A DNA stretch of 63,544 bases, the filler included, from Reclinomonas americana ATCC 50394 (taxonomy: Eukaryota): assembly GCA_048213135.1 (NCBI GenBank). It is 11 parts of 11 records of this genome, joined end to end, with 100 filler letters (N's around TTAATTAATTAA, not from the genome) between each part and the next. Parts side by side here need not be neighbours in the genome. Positions count along the whole stretch, not along the records: positions 1 to 7,322 come from AFZH01017885.1; positions 7,423 to 10,524 come from AFZH01017888.1; positions 10,625 to 16,008 come from AFZH01017889.1; 8 more parts are not named here. One strand, 5' to 3'. The notes beneath the pieces were generated by a model. That model was not told where the DNA came from, did no database searches, and worked only from the letters and a program-made list of their open reading frames with translations. How positions within the stretch are numbered: the first letter of the stretch is position 1; each line of letters starts with the position of its first letter. Shown in pieces: positions 1-12,118 of this stretch. The position numbers were made by a program, and so were the translations under genes.

Positions 1-227
1 AGGGGAGGCGAGGTGTGACTCAGAAGGAGAGAGAGAGACAGAGAGAGAGAAGAGAGTCCAATTGGACACAGACTTGCCCCGACGTCGATCGGAGAATGCG
101 CAGCGAGAGAGAGAGAGAGAGAGAGAGAGACTCCGCTGTGACAGGCCAACAAAAGGCACACCACAAAGACACAGAGTTTTTCCACCTCCCACACACACCT
201 CTTCCCGCGTAAAGGTCAAAGAAGCAA

Positions 228-3124
228 ATGAGAGACAAATGCCTGTGCGCGAGCGACACAACAAACAATGGCCTCTATGCCGGCGACAAGGTACACACAC
301 ACGCATGTTGCTGTGTGCTGCTCTCTCCTCATCTCACTCACACACACTCTCACTCTGTGCAAAACAGTTGGCCGGCGGCCTTCTACTCCTTGGTGTGTGT
401 GGCACTGGGCGATGCACTGGGCGCGCCACTGGAGAACAAGGTGTTCACGGTGCAAGACCTGGAGGAGCGGTGGCCGCGCGCCACGTGAGTTTCTCCGCGC
501 GTGTGCATTGCAGGCGTGTGTGTCACTCATTTGGTGAGTGAGTTGTCCAGTCCGTATCCCGAGGCGCTGCTGGTGCCTGGCGCGGTGCACACGGATGACA
601 CGCAGATGACGCTCACCTTTGTGGAAGTGCTGCTCAAGTACGTCGCGCGTGTGCGATTGATTGATTGCCATGCATGCATGTTTCGAGTTCCGCTCACACG
701 CACACGCAATGCAGCAATGGGTACTTTGAGACGTCGTATGTCAAGAACGCGTGGCTGCTGCTGTCGGAGACCGACTGGTTCGCGCAGTGCGGACAGAAGA
801 TCGCCGGTCCGTACCAGCTGGGCGGATTTCGCGGCACTGGCGGAAACTTTCGCTGGTGCGTAAACGAGAGAGTGCCTCGTTCTCGCCTTTCCTCTCTCTC
901 ACATATACGCGTGCAGGTCGGTCAAGCAGTGGCGTGACAATGGACTGGATGCGTGCGGTGCACAGAATTCGTTGCGTATCGACCTCCACCCGTGTGCGTG
1001 TTTCGTTGACTTATCGTGTGTCATTCAAGTGGCGGCAACGGCGCTGCGATGCGTGTGGCACCCCTGTCGTTGTACGCGTACACCATGGCACACGGTGGTC
1101 AGCTCACAGTTGCGTTGTTGTTTGCCGCTGTGGCGATTCATGTCTCATTTTTCTCGCGTCGCCAGAATGCAGTGAGCACCCTGCGGCAGATCGTGGCCGA
1201 CTCGGCACTGCTGACGCACACGAGCCTGTTGGGCATCAGTCCGGCGTATGCCTTGGCACACGCACTCTTGTTGATCCTCGACGAACCAAATCAGGTCCGC
1301 GTCACATGTGGCGGTCACTGTGTGCATGCATTCTCACCTCACCACCGTGCAGATGTCCAGCAATGCTGCACTGCGCGACACGCCACTGGAGGATCGAGTG
1401 CCACTCATTCTAACGCAAATCGCCGACGCAGTGGAGGAGTTCGAGTCGTTTCTGTGGACTCATGCAGGGTTTCGGGAGTATCGGTGCGTCCAAGCATAGA
1501 AATCGTGCCGTGCCGGTTGCGGTGCACTCATCATGTGTGACAGGGAGGAGAACGAGCAGTGGCGCGGTCGCTACTCGGTGTTCCTGCACAATGTGAGCGC
1601 GCACCTCTCCGACGCGCTGGTACAGTGGAGGGAGCATCGGCAGGCGGATGAGATGGATCGTGCGTATCAGGCGACGTGGGTGCGTGAGGCGCCACACACC
1701 AACCACGATGTTGCGTGACTGGCGTGAGAAGTAGTGGTGAATGGTGGGCTTGCACTGACGATTGCGCGACAGAGATCAAGCGCCGCGGCAGACAGGCCGC
1801 CTTCACCGCCTCCACCTCCAACGGCACCCGTGCGGCGAGCGGTTGTGGTGGCACGCGGCGCCGGTGGTGGCACTGACGAACTTGACTCGCTGCTCGATCT
1901 GGAGGCTGAGATTGCTGCGGAAAGCGGCGACCAAGATGAGTGGGTGACTGTGGCAGTGTCACCCAAGAGGCCAGCTGCGGTGATACAACCACCACCACCG
2001 CCACCACCACCACCCGCACGACCAGCTCATGCCGTCAGCACGCTGGACGATGTCATGCGTCGTGTGGCCGAAGAAATCGAGACCGAGAGTGGCTCCCTCA
2101 CCGACAGTCAACTCTCTGGGTTTGTGCCGTCTGAGTTACTCGCGCTGTGACGGCAACATCTCATTGTGAAACAGTGCATGCGATGGCTTTGCGCCGGCGA
2201 GCACGACTACGGCTCTCGTGGCTGGCCTCTTGTTGCGCCAACGACCGTTTCTGCATGCATTGCACGTGCTGTACTCCTTTGGCGGTGACACCGACTCGGC
2301 GGGGGCCATGGTACGTCGCTGTAAGTGCTGTAAGTGCAAGTGAGCGTGCCTTCTGAAGAATGTGATCGCAGGCCGGCATGCTGCTCGGTGCACACTACGG
2401 TAACACTGATCGATTTGAGCGAGAGGTGCCCGCGGTACTTGCAAGGCGCCTTGTGTGCTGCGACGCTCTGTTCGAGGTGTTTTCGCTGTTTGCCAACAGC
2501 ATTGTGGAGGTCTTGTCGTCGATGCTGCTGAAGTCATTCGTGTCAGTGAGATGCAACTCAAGAGTCGGATGTGCAGGGAACAATCCCGCTGCGCGACCGC
2601 GAAATCAACGCAGTGGAGCTCGAGCGACAGGTGTCGCTGGCAATCATTCGCACGCCGGTGGGAACATGATCACTGCGCCGGTTTCCGTTCGTTGCTGTTG
2701 TTTGTATTCACCTCTCCTTGCTTGTAGATGCACCTGCGCCCAGCCAACTATCGCAGCAAGGAGGCAGTTTGGCGGCGCGCCAAGTACGTGGAATGTACGT
2801 CGCAAGAACACGTTGCCGTATTCGCCTGTGAGGAGCATTTGCTTACACTGTCGTTGGCGCAGATCTGCAGCGCATTGTGCAAGAAGAGTGGGAAGAGATG
2901 ACGGTGGACGAGGCGGTGCAGTCGTTGGAGGAGGTGTACACGCGCGTGTTCACGAACAGCCAGCGATGGCACTTTACGCTCTTGTTCAGCGGTTATGTGC
3001 CTTGCTCTGCTTGTTTGATGCACGCTTATGAGATAATCTCAGTGCCTCACTTGCTTGTACGTGCGTAGAGGATGAGCGACGCGAACTGATTCTAAAGGAG
3101 TTTCGACGCCGCTTCGATCTGTAA
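228..3124 (+). CDS. ADP-ribosylglycohydrolase (ARH/DraG family), multi-exon
   Basis: Spliced exons carry the family motifs in order: ALGDALGAPLE (~403-435), HTDDTQMT (~588-611), GNGAAMRVAP (~1032-1062), SALLTH, and FGGDTDSAGAM-AGMLLGAHYG (~2278-2400). The last exon EDERRELILKEFRRRFDL ends at TAA 3122-3124. Start is uncertain and may lie upstream of the window. Confidence 0.85.
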
Positions 3125-3175
3125 TGGCGTGTCATTTGCAATGCAGACATGCTCCAGTTTCATTCCATCCATGTG

Positions 3176-6100
3176 TTACTCGTTGCAGTTGGGGTCGCGC
3201 ATGTGCAGTGGCACATCTTCGACTAGCGGTTGTTGCTGTTGTTGTTGTTGCTGCTGCTGCTGCTGCTCAGGAATCGCCGGCTCGCCTGTGCGACAAAGTT
3301 TGCACGACGAATAACGGGTGATAGATCAAAAGGCGTACACACCGGCAGGTCGCTGCGCTCCAGCGCGGAGTGCCATCATGCGCGCTTGCAGCGATAGCCC
3401 ACCACCCAGGCCTCCAGGAACGGCAATAGCTTCTGGACGCACAACAAACGGATTCACTGGCGGCTCTGCAGGTCAACCCCTCAAGTGAGACTGAGCGCAT
3501 CGCGACGTCATTCTAGGCCACACACGCAAGCACACACCGCGAACAAGAGGCTCGGCTGCAGCTGCAGCTGCAGCGGCAGCGGCGGCGGAAGCCACAGCCG
3601 CAGACGATGGAAGTGAGAGAGCAGCTGGCTGGCTCCGCTCTGCACACCGAGTGCAAAGATCAGACAGAACGACAGCGTAGTCGCGTGCCGTATTCGCACA
3701 CACCTGCCACAGCGGCCGACCGGGCGCCAAAGGGATTCGCAGCGACTGGTGATTGAACAGCGGCGAATGGTACCGGTGCGGCTAGTCGCAATTGTTTCAG
3801 AAATAAGTTGGTGAATGGTACTAGCAAAGAGAGAATTATCGCACCTGGAGAGCCAGCCGCCGCCTGTCGAGGAGCACCAAACGGATTGCCTGCTGGCGCA
3901 GCCGCTGGAACCGCAGCTGCAAAAAACAAATATCGATCAGCAGGACGGCTCTCGGGCAGACAGTGCACACGAACTACGCACCTGGTGATGCATTTTGTCG
4001 CGGAGCACCAAACGGATTGCCTACCGGCGCAGCTGCTGGAACCGCAGCTGCAAAAACAAATACCGTTTAGCAGGGTGGCTGTCGGGTAAACAGTGCACAC
4101 GAACTACGCACCTGGTGATGCATTCTGTCGCGGTGCAAACGGATTGCCGGCGAGTACTGGCGATGCGACACCTGCGACACCTGCGTCGTCAACAAAAATA
4201 CCGACAGCGAAGGCCCAACAAGACCGGCAACGTACCTGGCGATGCAGGCTGCCGGGCAGCACCGAATGGATTGACTCTTAGCGCGGGCGAAGCGGGATTG
4301 CCTATGTTGACGTAGTCAATACATACATGCACCGTCGTCGTCCACCACACCAGTCGCAAGACGCACCAGCGGGAGCAGGCGGCTGCGCATTTTCAGGCAA
4401 CGGCGGCGCTGAGGGCAGTACACACTTGTGAGGAAAGGGCGGCGAAAGAACAACCACACACGCGAAACAGTGCCACACCATTGTATGCCAAACGGAATGC
4501 TGCCAGTGAGTTGTCCACGTCAGCAACTGCGTTCTCTGCTCTCAAGTCTGGTCAGTGACACATTTCCGTTTCCACTCAGAGATACACATCGACTGCGCAT
4601 GCGCCACGCACCGCTCATCGGAGACTCGGCTGGTCAAACACACGACACACAAACAGGTGAGACATTCCACCAACAGCTCAAGCGCGGGCAGGGGAAATCC
4701 ATCTCACCGTTGGCGGCAGGGGCGGGCGGCGACGACACAGCTGCGCGTCAGGATGGATGAGTTGACGCAGCACGCGTTGACAATGACAGCACATGCACGC
4801 ACGGTTGCGAGCTGCAAACGGATTCGCAGCGGCGAGCCGAAGGGGTACCGCCGGCAATGCCACTGGAACAAGTTGCGGCGGTACTGCACACAAGAGCGCA
4901 CGACGCGTCACCACATCAGCAACAATCACACACCACCACATCACCGCGCGCCACTTTTCACCTGATGCAGCAGCTGCCGCTGCGGCGGGCGATGCCGACT
5001 CTGGTGCGCCCTGCGGCTGAAACACTGTCGATTGTTTCTCTGCATCGAATGGCGTCGGGGAGAAGGAGCTGCGCACTTGCAGCACTTCTGTCGCACCCTC
5101 AGTGAGTGGGGGCACCGAAGAAGACACATTCCGGCGGACCCTCACCTTGCCCGCGTTCGTCACCGGGCATGTCGCCCTGGAGATCAACGAGGCTGACCTG
5201 CGGACTGGCAGCCGAGGCCGCTCTCCCACCAAACGGATTGACCGCGGGTGCTGCAGCTGCGGCAGCTGTCGTGGATGTGGTGTGAGACAAGAACATTGCT
5301 TTGGCACACCCACACAAACTGACCAGCGCGACGAGGGGCAAACGGATTCGCCGCAAGGACTGCATCACGTGCGATGAAGAGAGATGAAGAGGGCGCGCGG
5401 TGACATGAAGACATCAGGAGCAACACATACCACTGCTGGCTTCGGGTCGAGATGCGACGGGTCCGAATGGATTGCGTGCCGCCGACGGCGCTGCGTACAC
5501 GACAAGATAAAGGACGTCAAGACTCAGAACGGTAGTGCCAGGCTCGAGACAAGAACACACCGACAGCTACAGGAGACCTGCCGGCGTCCGAGCCTGCTCG
5601 ACAAGGAACATTATTTCAAAGAAAAACACCACAGACTCAGGAAAGGCGCTCACCTCCTTCACCGTCCTCTTCCGCTCGTTCACCTGCATCCACAAAGAAT
5701 GAGAAGCAAGAACAAAGAGAAACAATCACAAGAGGCAACGAACCTCCGCGTGCCACTGGCTTGCCTGCAAAGCAACATCGAAGGCGTCAATGACGAGCGC
5801 GAAACAATCATCCTACCCAGACATAACGCACTCACCAAAACCGGTCGTCACTGGCGACACTGCTGCTGCTGCTGCTGCCGCCGATGCAGCAGCGCGAGGC
5901 GGCGGTGGTTGCGGCATGCGCATAATGCACACGGAGAAATCAATGCTGACAGAGATGAAGCGCCGATTGCGCACGTCGCACAGCAACTCGGTGGCGGTGT
6001 CCCGATGAATGTCGTACGCGTACGATACTCGAATGCCGCCCGGCTGCGGTTCGTTGCCGACATGCCACACTCCAATGGACGATGCACCACCGCCACTGCA

Positions 6101-7322
6101 AAACACGGCGCCCGCACCCCACGTGGCCAGCATCTGCGCTTGCTGGATGTCGCGCAAGCTGCACGTCACCTGCAGTGCAAGAGAATCCCAGTGAGAGCTG
6201 CATGAATAGTGATCAGCGCGCTTCGCCACGCCACGCACCTGGCCAGTGGCAGCGTTGAATATGCGCAGATTCTGGAGGCTATTCAACATCATCACGTATC
6301 GGCCGTCGCCCGACCACGCGAGCGAGTAGGCGGGACCGACAGCATACTCGTCCAGCCTGTGCTCGACAGTCATCGAGACTCGTCCATCCTCTGCGGCATG
6401 GAAAAGCCGGAGAATATGAGCCGAACCGGGCGCAGTGCTGGCCGCGGCGTAGTTGGCCACCACCAAGTGCGAGCCGTCCGGCGAGAACGCCAACGGCCAC
6501 CTCCTGATCCCCCGCTGATTCTGCGTCGGCAACGACATTTCGTACAGCAGCGCAAAGGTCTCCAGATCCAAGATCGACAGCATGACGTCGACCCTGGCAG
6601 CTGTCTGTGACACCGACACCGAGGCGATCATGCTGTTTGTGGCGGCAATCGACACCACGCGATCGGTCTCATCCTCAGCGCCGAACTCGACAGCAAATGG
6701 GTTCTCGCTCTCATCTGGTCGTGCATGTGCATCCAAGCGCTCATGTCGCCCGTCCAACACCGCAACAGCAGGCAAGTAGGAGATTTCGCGAATCACACGC
6801 ACACGATCCCAGTGCCACTGACGTATACCGCGCCCTCCGACCAGCAACTGAGACCCCTGTTTCCCCGCAACAAAGATCAGCAACCATTGACAGTAGACAA
6901 CAGACGCGCGCGCACGCAACATCTGGCGTCCAGCACACCGCCGTAAAGGGCATGTTTTCGGGAAACACGCCAAGCGGCAGCATCACCGTGCGCCGATCTT
7001 GCGACTCCAAGCCAGCGCCGTCCAGCCGCGGGCTCACATCCACCACAAAACACAGTCGCGAGGAACCCACCAGTGCCAACCACTCGCCCTCCACCGCATT
7101 CTCCTCATCATTGGCATCACGTGGCGCTGCACTCGCCCAACAGCATGACTTATCACACTCTCCACACGTGACACAAGCACATGTGAAAAAAAAAACGCAA
7201 CGAGGACTCGGGCGCAACGCGGCGCCATACGGCAAGAATGGAATGCAAAAGTGCGAGAGGATGTCCGCGGCACTCGACTTCACCGCAAAGCTCTGCGTCT
7301 CCTCGTCACTGCTGCTCTCCCC
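3176..7322 (-). CDS. WD40/beta-propeller-like protein with C-terminal NPF-repeat tail; 5' end lost in gap
   Basis: Long exon ~5830-6880 has propeller-blade motifs (LAFSPDGSHLVV, SLAWSGDGRYVM, RIFNAATGQ, ISVSIDFSVCIM). A chain of small GT-AG exons follows, with ten NPF motifs. The final exon GEPAIPEQn..MRDPNCNE ends at a stop at 3176-3178. Confidence 0.65.
3871..4148. repeat. Tandem ~130-bp exon+intron duplication inside the NPF-repeat gene
   Basis: ggagcaccaaacggattgcc occurs at 3871 and 4002. cagtgcacacgaactacgcacctggtgatgcatt occurs at 3961 and 4091. Confidence 0.9.
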
Positions 7323-7422
7323 NNNNNNNNNNNNNNNNNNNNNNNNNNNNNNNNNNNNNNNNNNNNTTAATTAATTAANNNNNNNNNNNNNNNNNNNNNN
7401 NNNNNNNNNNNNNNNNNNNNNN
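7323..7422. other. Assembly gap with artificial six-frame stop linker (N44-TTAATTAATTAA-N44)
   Basis: Identical 100-nt constructs also at 10525-10624, 16009-16108, 18968-19067, 22490-22589, 27035-27134, 42257-42356, 46369-46468, 51901-52000 and 55675-55774. TRM10, CPR and SLX1 continue across them, so at least those are scaffold gaps. Confidence 0.97.
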
Positions 7423-8534
7423 TGAGCGTGGCATGGGCGCCGCCATGTTGGACCGGCCGGCTCGAGTGTGCAGTTGCGTCTCTCGTCGGTGCACTCTGCT
7501 CTTTCTGTGTGCGCCTTGCTCATGTTTTCCCCTCAGGCATCATTCACGTGATGAACGAGATTCTCGAGTGCCCAGTCACTATCAAGGTGCGCATCGGCCG
7601 CACGGTGCACAAGCCGGTGTTGCACAACCTCATGTCCAATCTGGAGGGTGCCGGCGCTTCTGCCATTACGGTGCGGTCAACCAGCGGCTGCCGTGTCATG
7701 CGCTCCTTCTTACCCCCGTCACACAGATTCACGGCCGCTCGCTGAACCAACGCTACTCCAAGCTGGCCAACTGGGAGTACATTGAGGATTGTGCTGGCCT
7801 GGTCAAGATCCCCGTCATCGGCAACGGCGACATCCTGTCGTACATTGACGCGCAGGAGCACTTGCGATCGGGCAAGCTGGCGACTGTGATGCTTGGGCGG
7901 TGAGTTGGCTGATGCGTTGCAGGCAGGAGAGTGCGCGAGTCTCATCATCAATGTGAACAGTGGTGCGCTGTACAAGCCATGGATCTTCACCGAGATCAAG
8001 GAGTCGCGACACTGGGACATTTCTGCCACCGAGCGACTCGACATCTTGCGGCAGTACTGCGATCTCGGACTGGAGCACTGGGGAGCTGACGAGCGAGTTG
8101 CGGGCCATTTCTCTCTCTGTCCGCGCTCTTGCAATCTTCGACGCCTGTATGTTTTACACGTCGAATGCGCTGCAATAGGGTGTGATGCGAACGCGTCGCT
8201 TCCTGCTCGAGTGGCTCAGCTTCCTCTACCGCTACATTCCCGTCGGCCTGCTGGAGGTGCTTCCGCAGCGCATCAATGAGCGTCCACCACCGTACTTTGG
8301 TCGCAACGAACTGGAGACGCTGATGGCGAGGTATGTGCAGGTGTGGGAGTAGCGGTGGTTGTTGCACGCTGCGCAGCGCTCATTCGTCTTGTGGTGCTCG
8401 TGGGCAGTCCATCGGCTGCCGACTGGATCAAGATCACGGAAATGCTGCTGGGCCCGGTGCCCGACGACTTCCGCTTCGAGCCCAAACACAAGAGCAACGC
8501 CTACGACAATGCCTCCTCCAACTCGAATGGTTAG
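7423..8534 (+). CDS. DUS3: tRNA-dihydrouridine(47) synthase (Dus3), 3' part
   Basis: Motifs [100 protein letters not shown] and F.PKHKSNAY match the characteristic Dus3 C-terminus. Confidence 0.93.
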
Positions 8535-8747
8535 AGCGATGGGCTGCTGCGTGAGCGATATAATAATAGAGCAAAATCCGTTTTCGATTGGAGTTTTGCG
8601 CGGGAAAATCAACGAAATTGAGTGACGTGCGAGAGAAGACGAACCGCTCACTTTCCTCGAGTCACTCTCTTGCTTGTGTGTGCGACTCTCTTTCTCTCTC
8701 TCTCTCTGTGCATGCGTGTGGGAGTGCGCATCTTCGAGGGCCACGCC

Positions 8748-9120
8748 ATGCCAAGATTAGGCTCGCGATACAAGAGCGCGAGATTACAAGTCAGCTCAGC
8801 GGTGGCGCTGGCGATCATCGTGTTGGTGCACGTGGCGTGTGTGGTACACGCCACCTCGTTTGACTGGTCACAGGTTCAAGTGAAGACGATTGTCAACACG
8901 GTGCGTGTTATCATCATCACAAGATGATGTGATTTCTCTCTCGCGCACAGTGCTGATCAGAGCTGTTGCAGGCTGGTACCTCTGGATCGGCGGTTGGCGT
9001 TGCAGCGTTGACAAAGCTCAATGGCCCAGCAGGCACAGTGTTGGACTCGGATCGAACGGTCTACATTGCGGACTTTAGCAACAACGTTGCGCAACCGTCT
9101 CTTGCCCTCTCTGTGACTGC

Positions 9121-9166
<46 letters not shown>

Positions 9167-10524
9167 TCGATCTCCTCCACCCCTTCACCTCTTCCAACTG
9201 TGCGTGCCCACTGCTCCCTTTATACACACAGCGCATTGTCAAAATCGACGCTTCCACTGGAGTCGGATCGGTGTTTGCTGGCGGTGGCAGCGGTCCTTGC
9301 AACACCAACTCGGGGGCGACATCTTGTGCACTGAACGGTCCATGGGCCCTCTCGCTCATCAGCAACAATCCCAGCTCGCCGACCCTCTACATTGTGGAAA
9401 GATCGGGCCACCGTGTGCTCAAGCTGCAGAACGGAACGTTCACCGTGGTCGCCGGCACGGGCACTTCCGGAACCAGTGGCCGAAATGGTGTCGCACAGTG
9501 CTTTTCATGTGTGTGCTGTGTGTTGTGTGCGTCGGTGGCTGACCGCTTTGTCTGCACACTGCAGGCGGTCCGGCCACAAGCGCACAGCTCAACAGTCCAG
9601 GAGGAATCGTGGTGACCCAGTCGAATGATGTTGCGCAGCAAGGAGCCTCTGTGACTGCGTTTGCAGCTGTTGCGGGTACTGACGTGGTTGACGTGGCGTG
9701 CGCACTTCCCAGATCTATGTCGCGGACAACGGAAGCAACAGTGTTTTGTGGGTCAACGGGAGCGGCAACATCAATTCAATCGCCTCTGTCCCCAATCTCC
9801 AGGTGCGTTGCAGACGATGCGCACGCATATTTACTCGCTGACCACTGACACGGATGGTGAAATAGAACCTGGCGTGGGATCGCATGACAGGCGATCTCCT
9901 CATTGTGGCCTCGTATCAGATCATGGTCATGCGTCAAGGCACCACTGTGCCTCGCACGGTTGCCGGCACAGGAACTTCCGGCTCGTTTGGCAACGGCAAT
10001 GGTTCGTGGCTTCACATACACACACACTCGTGAAGCACCCGCTTACCAGCACCGCCGTGTGACGCAGGTGGCCCTCCAACTGTGGCCAATCTACAAGGAG
10101 CGACGTGGGCGACAGTCGATACGAACCGTCGGGTCTTCTTCACAGATGTCGACTGCGTGCGGTCGTTTTCCCTGGCCGAGTTTCCGGCAACGCTGGAGAC
10201 CGTGGTTGGACTGGCGAGTCCCAGCTACGTGGCCAACTCGGCCGACGGCAACACGGTAACACTGGCCGAGGCATTTCAGCCGGCCGGCATCTCGGCCGAC
10301 ATGAGCGGCAGCTACGGTTCGTGACACGGCCACGCTGCGTGCGAACAGCTGAGCTTATCGCAACCTGTAACGCAGTGGTGTACTCCGACGGTGGCTACCA
10401 CAATATTCGCGCCATTCGCAGTCGTTGCGTTTTTGTATGTTTGCCCCTCGACGCCCCTGCGCACGCCCGGTGTAATTTGTGTTCTCGATTCACTGTTTTA
10501 CAGCTCCGACCGGCAAGCTGTCAC
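8748..10524 (+). CDS. Secreted NHL-repeat beta-propeller protein, N-terminal part
   Basis: Hydrophobic signal-like N-terminus (VALAIIVLVHVACVVHA), then NHL blades: LNGPAGTVLDSDRTVYIADFSNN, LYIVERSGHRVLKL..TVVAGTGTSG, AQLNSPGGIVV, IYVADNGSN, FQPAGISAD. Runs into a gap. Confidence 0.8.
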
Positions 10525-10624
10525 NNNNNNNNNNNNNNNNNNNNNNNNNNNNNNNNNNNNNNNNNNNNTTAATTAATTAANNNNNNNNNNNNNNNNNNNN
10601 NNNNNNNNNNNNNNNNNNNNNNNN

Positions 10625-12037
10625 AAGCCACGGCGCTGGCCGTCAACATTCCCACCACATTTGACCCGACCACCGACGCGCAGTTGTGGGCGACCTTTAA
10701 GAAACTGGTGCGCTCTATTCACTTCCCTCAATGCGCGAGGGAAGCCGTCTATCGCTCACTATCAGTGCAGGCCGCTGGAACGAACATGCCGGGCAACTTC
10801 CGCACCAATCTGGCGGCCGATCTGACGTACTTTGCCAAAGGAAGTGAGTGGAGTAGGCGTGGACTGCGATGGTTTCGCTCGTCACTCAATGCACACGCGT
10901 GTGCTTGTGTGCAGACGCTTCGGTGGCCAATGTTCCACCGTATTCACTGACACTGTCGACGACCACTTACAACGCTCCTACAGGGACAAACAACTTTGTG
11001 GTTTGTGAAAAAGCTCTCTTTCTCGGTGATTGCACTCCCGTCACGTTTCGCTGATGGTCTCCGCAGCTGGGACAGCTGATTGCTGCCGACACCAACCCAA
11101 GTGACACGTTCACCTTCTCCATCATCGGCGGGACCGACGCTGCGCTGTTCTCCATCAGCGGAAACAACTTGACGGTGATCAACTCGGGCATGCGGGGCAC
11201 GCGAGTAGTCACCATTCGAGTGAGCGACAACCTCGGTGCGACGCTGTCGGCCACGTTTACGATTCGTGAAGGTGCGTCCGTGTTGCGCTCATGTGTTTTC
11301 CTCTCTAGTCCTCACCAATCTGCATTCCCAGTGAATGTGGCGCCGACCGACATTACCCTGTCGTCGACCACATTTGCCTGGCCGTCGACTGTCAACAACC
11401 GCTTCGTCGGAAACATCACCACGGTGGATGACAACCAGGACGATTCATTTGTTTACGCCTTGTCAGGTGCCAACGCCGGCAACTTTTTCGTCACCAATTT
11501 CCGGGAGCTGCGAGTCGCAAACAATGTCAGCACCAGCCAGAGCATCACCATCAGTTCCACGGACTCTGGCGGGCAGTCTGTCACGCGAAACTTTAACATC
11601 AACGCAGGTGCGCTGGCAGTGAGAAGGCGCAGGAGAGTTTCGCAGAGATACTGACCACGTGTGTGTCTGTGTGCGCGCACAGGAAATGTGGCACCCTCCA
11701 ATATCATGCTATCGGCATTGTCGTACACACCGCCGTCGACGGCCAATCAAGTTCTCGGCTCGCTGTCCACCATGGACGACAACACCGGCGACACATTCAC
11801 ATACACGATAACATCCCAGACGCCCGCAAACGTATTTGTCGTGCAAAACAACAATCAGCTGCAGTTCGTGGTGGCGGGCACCTCCGGCAACGTGTCGGTG
11901 ACGGTGCGCAGCACAGATCAAGGTGGCCTATTCATGGAGAAAGTATTCACCATCACCGGAGGTAAGTGTTACTCGTTGGTTTTTGTGTTTGACGAGGGCA
12001 CGTGCGCTCACACATGTCTATTGTTTCCGCAGTGTAA
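10625..12037 (+). CDS. Three cadherin-like Ig-fold repeats; probably the C-terminus of the NHL protein across the gap
   Basis: Three repeats of the pattern NVAP.DI.LS...G...T.DD...D.F.Y......F...N.L....V.STD.GG....F.I at ~10930-11270, 11331-11607 and 11683-11961, separated by phase-1 introns. A terminal micro-exon gives stop TAA 12035-12037. Confidence 0.75.
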
Positions 12038-12118
12038 GGAGACCGGGGAACTTAGAGAGAAAAAGACGAAAACCCCCATCACCACATTTCAACGAAAAAA
12101 AACACAAATGTATTCCTC

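Noticed and set aside
7367..7378. Recurrent palindromic TTAATTAATTAA motif (10 copies)
   Set aside because: It is always centred in a 100-nt N block, so it is an artificial stop linker rather than biology.
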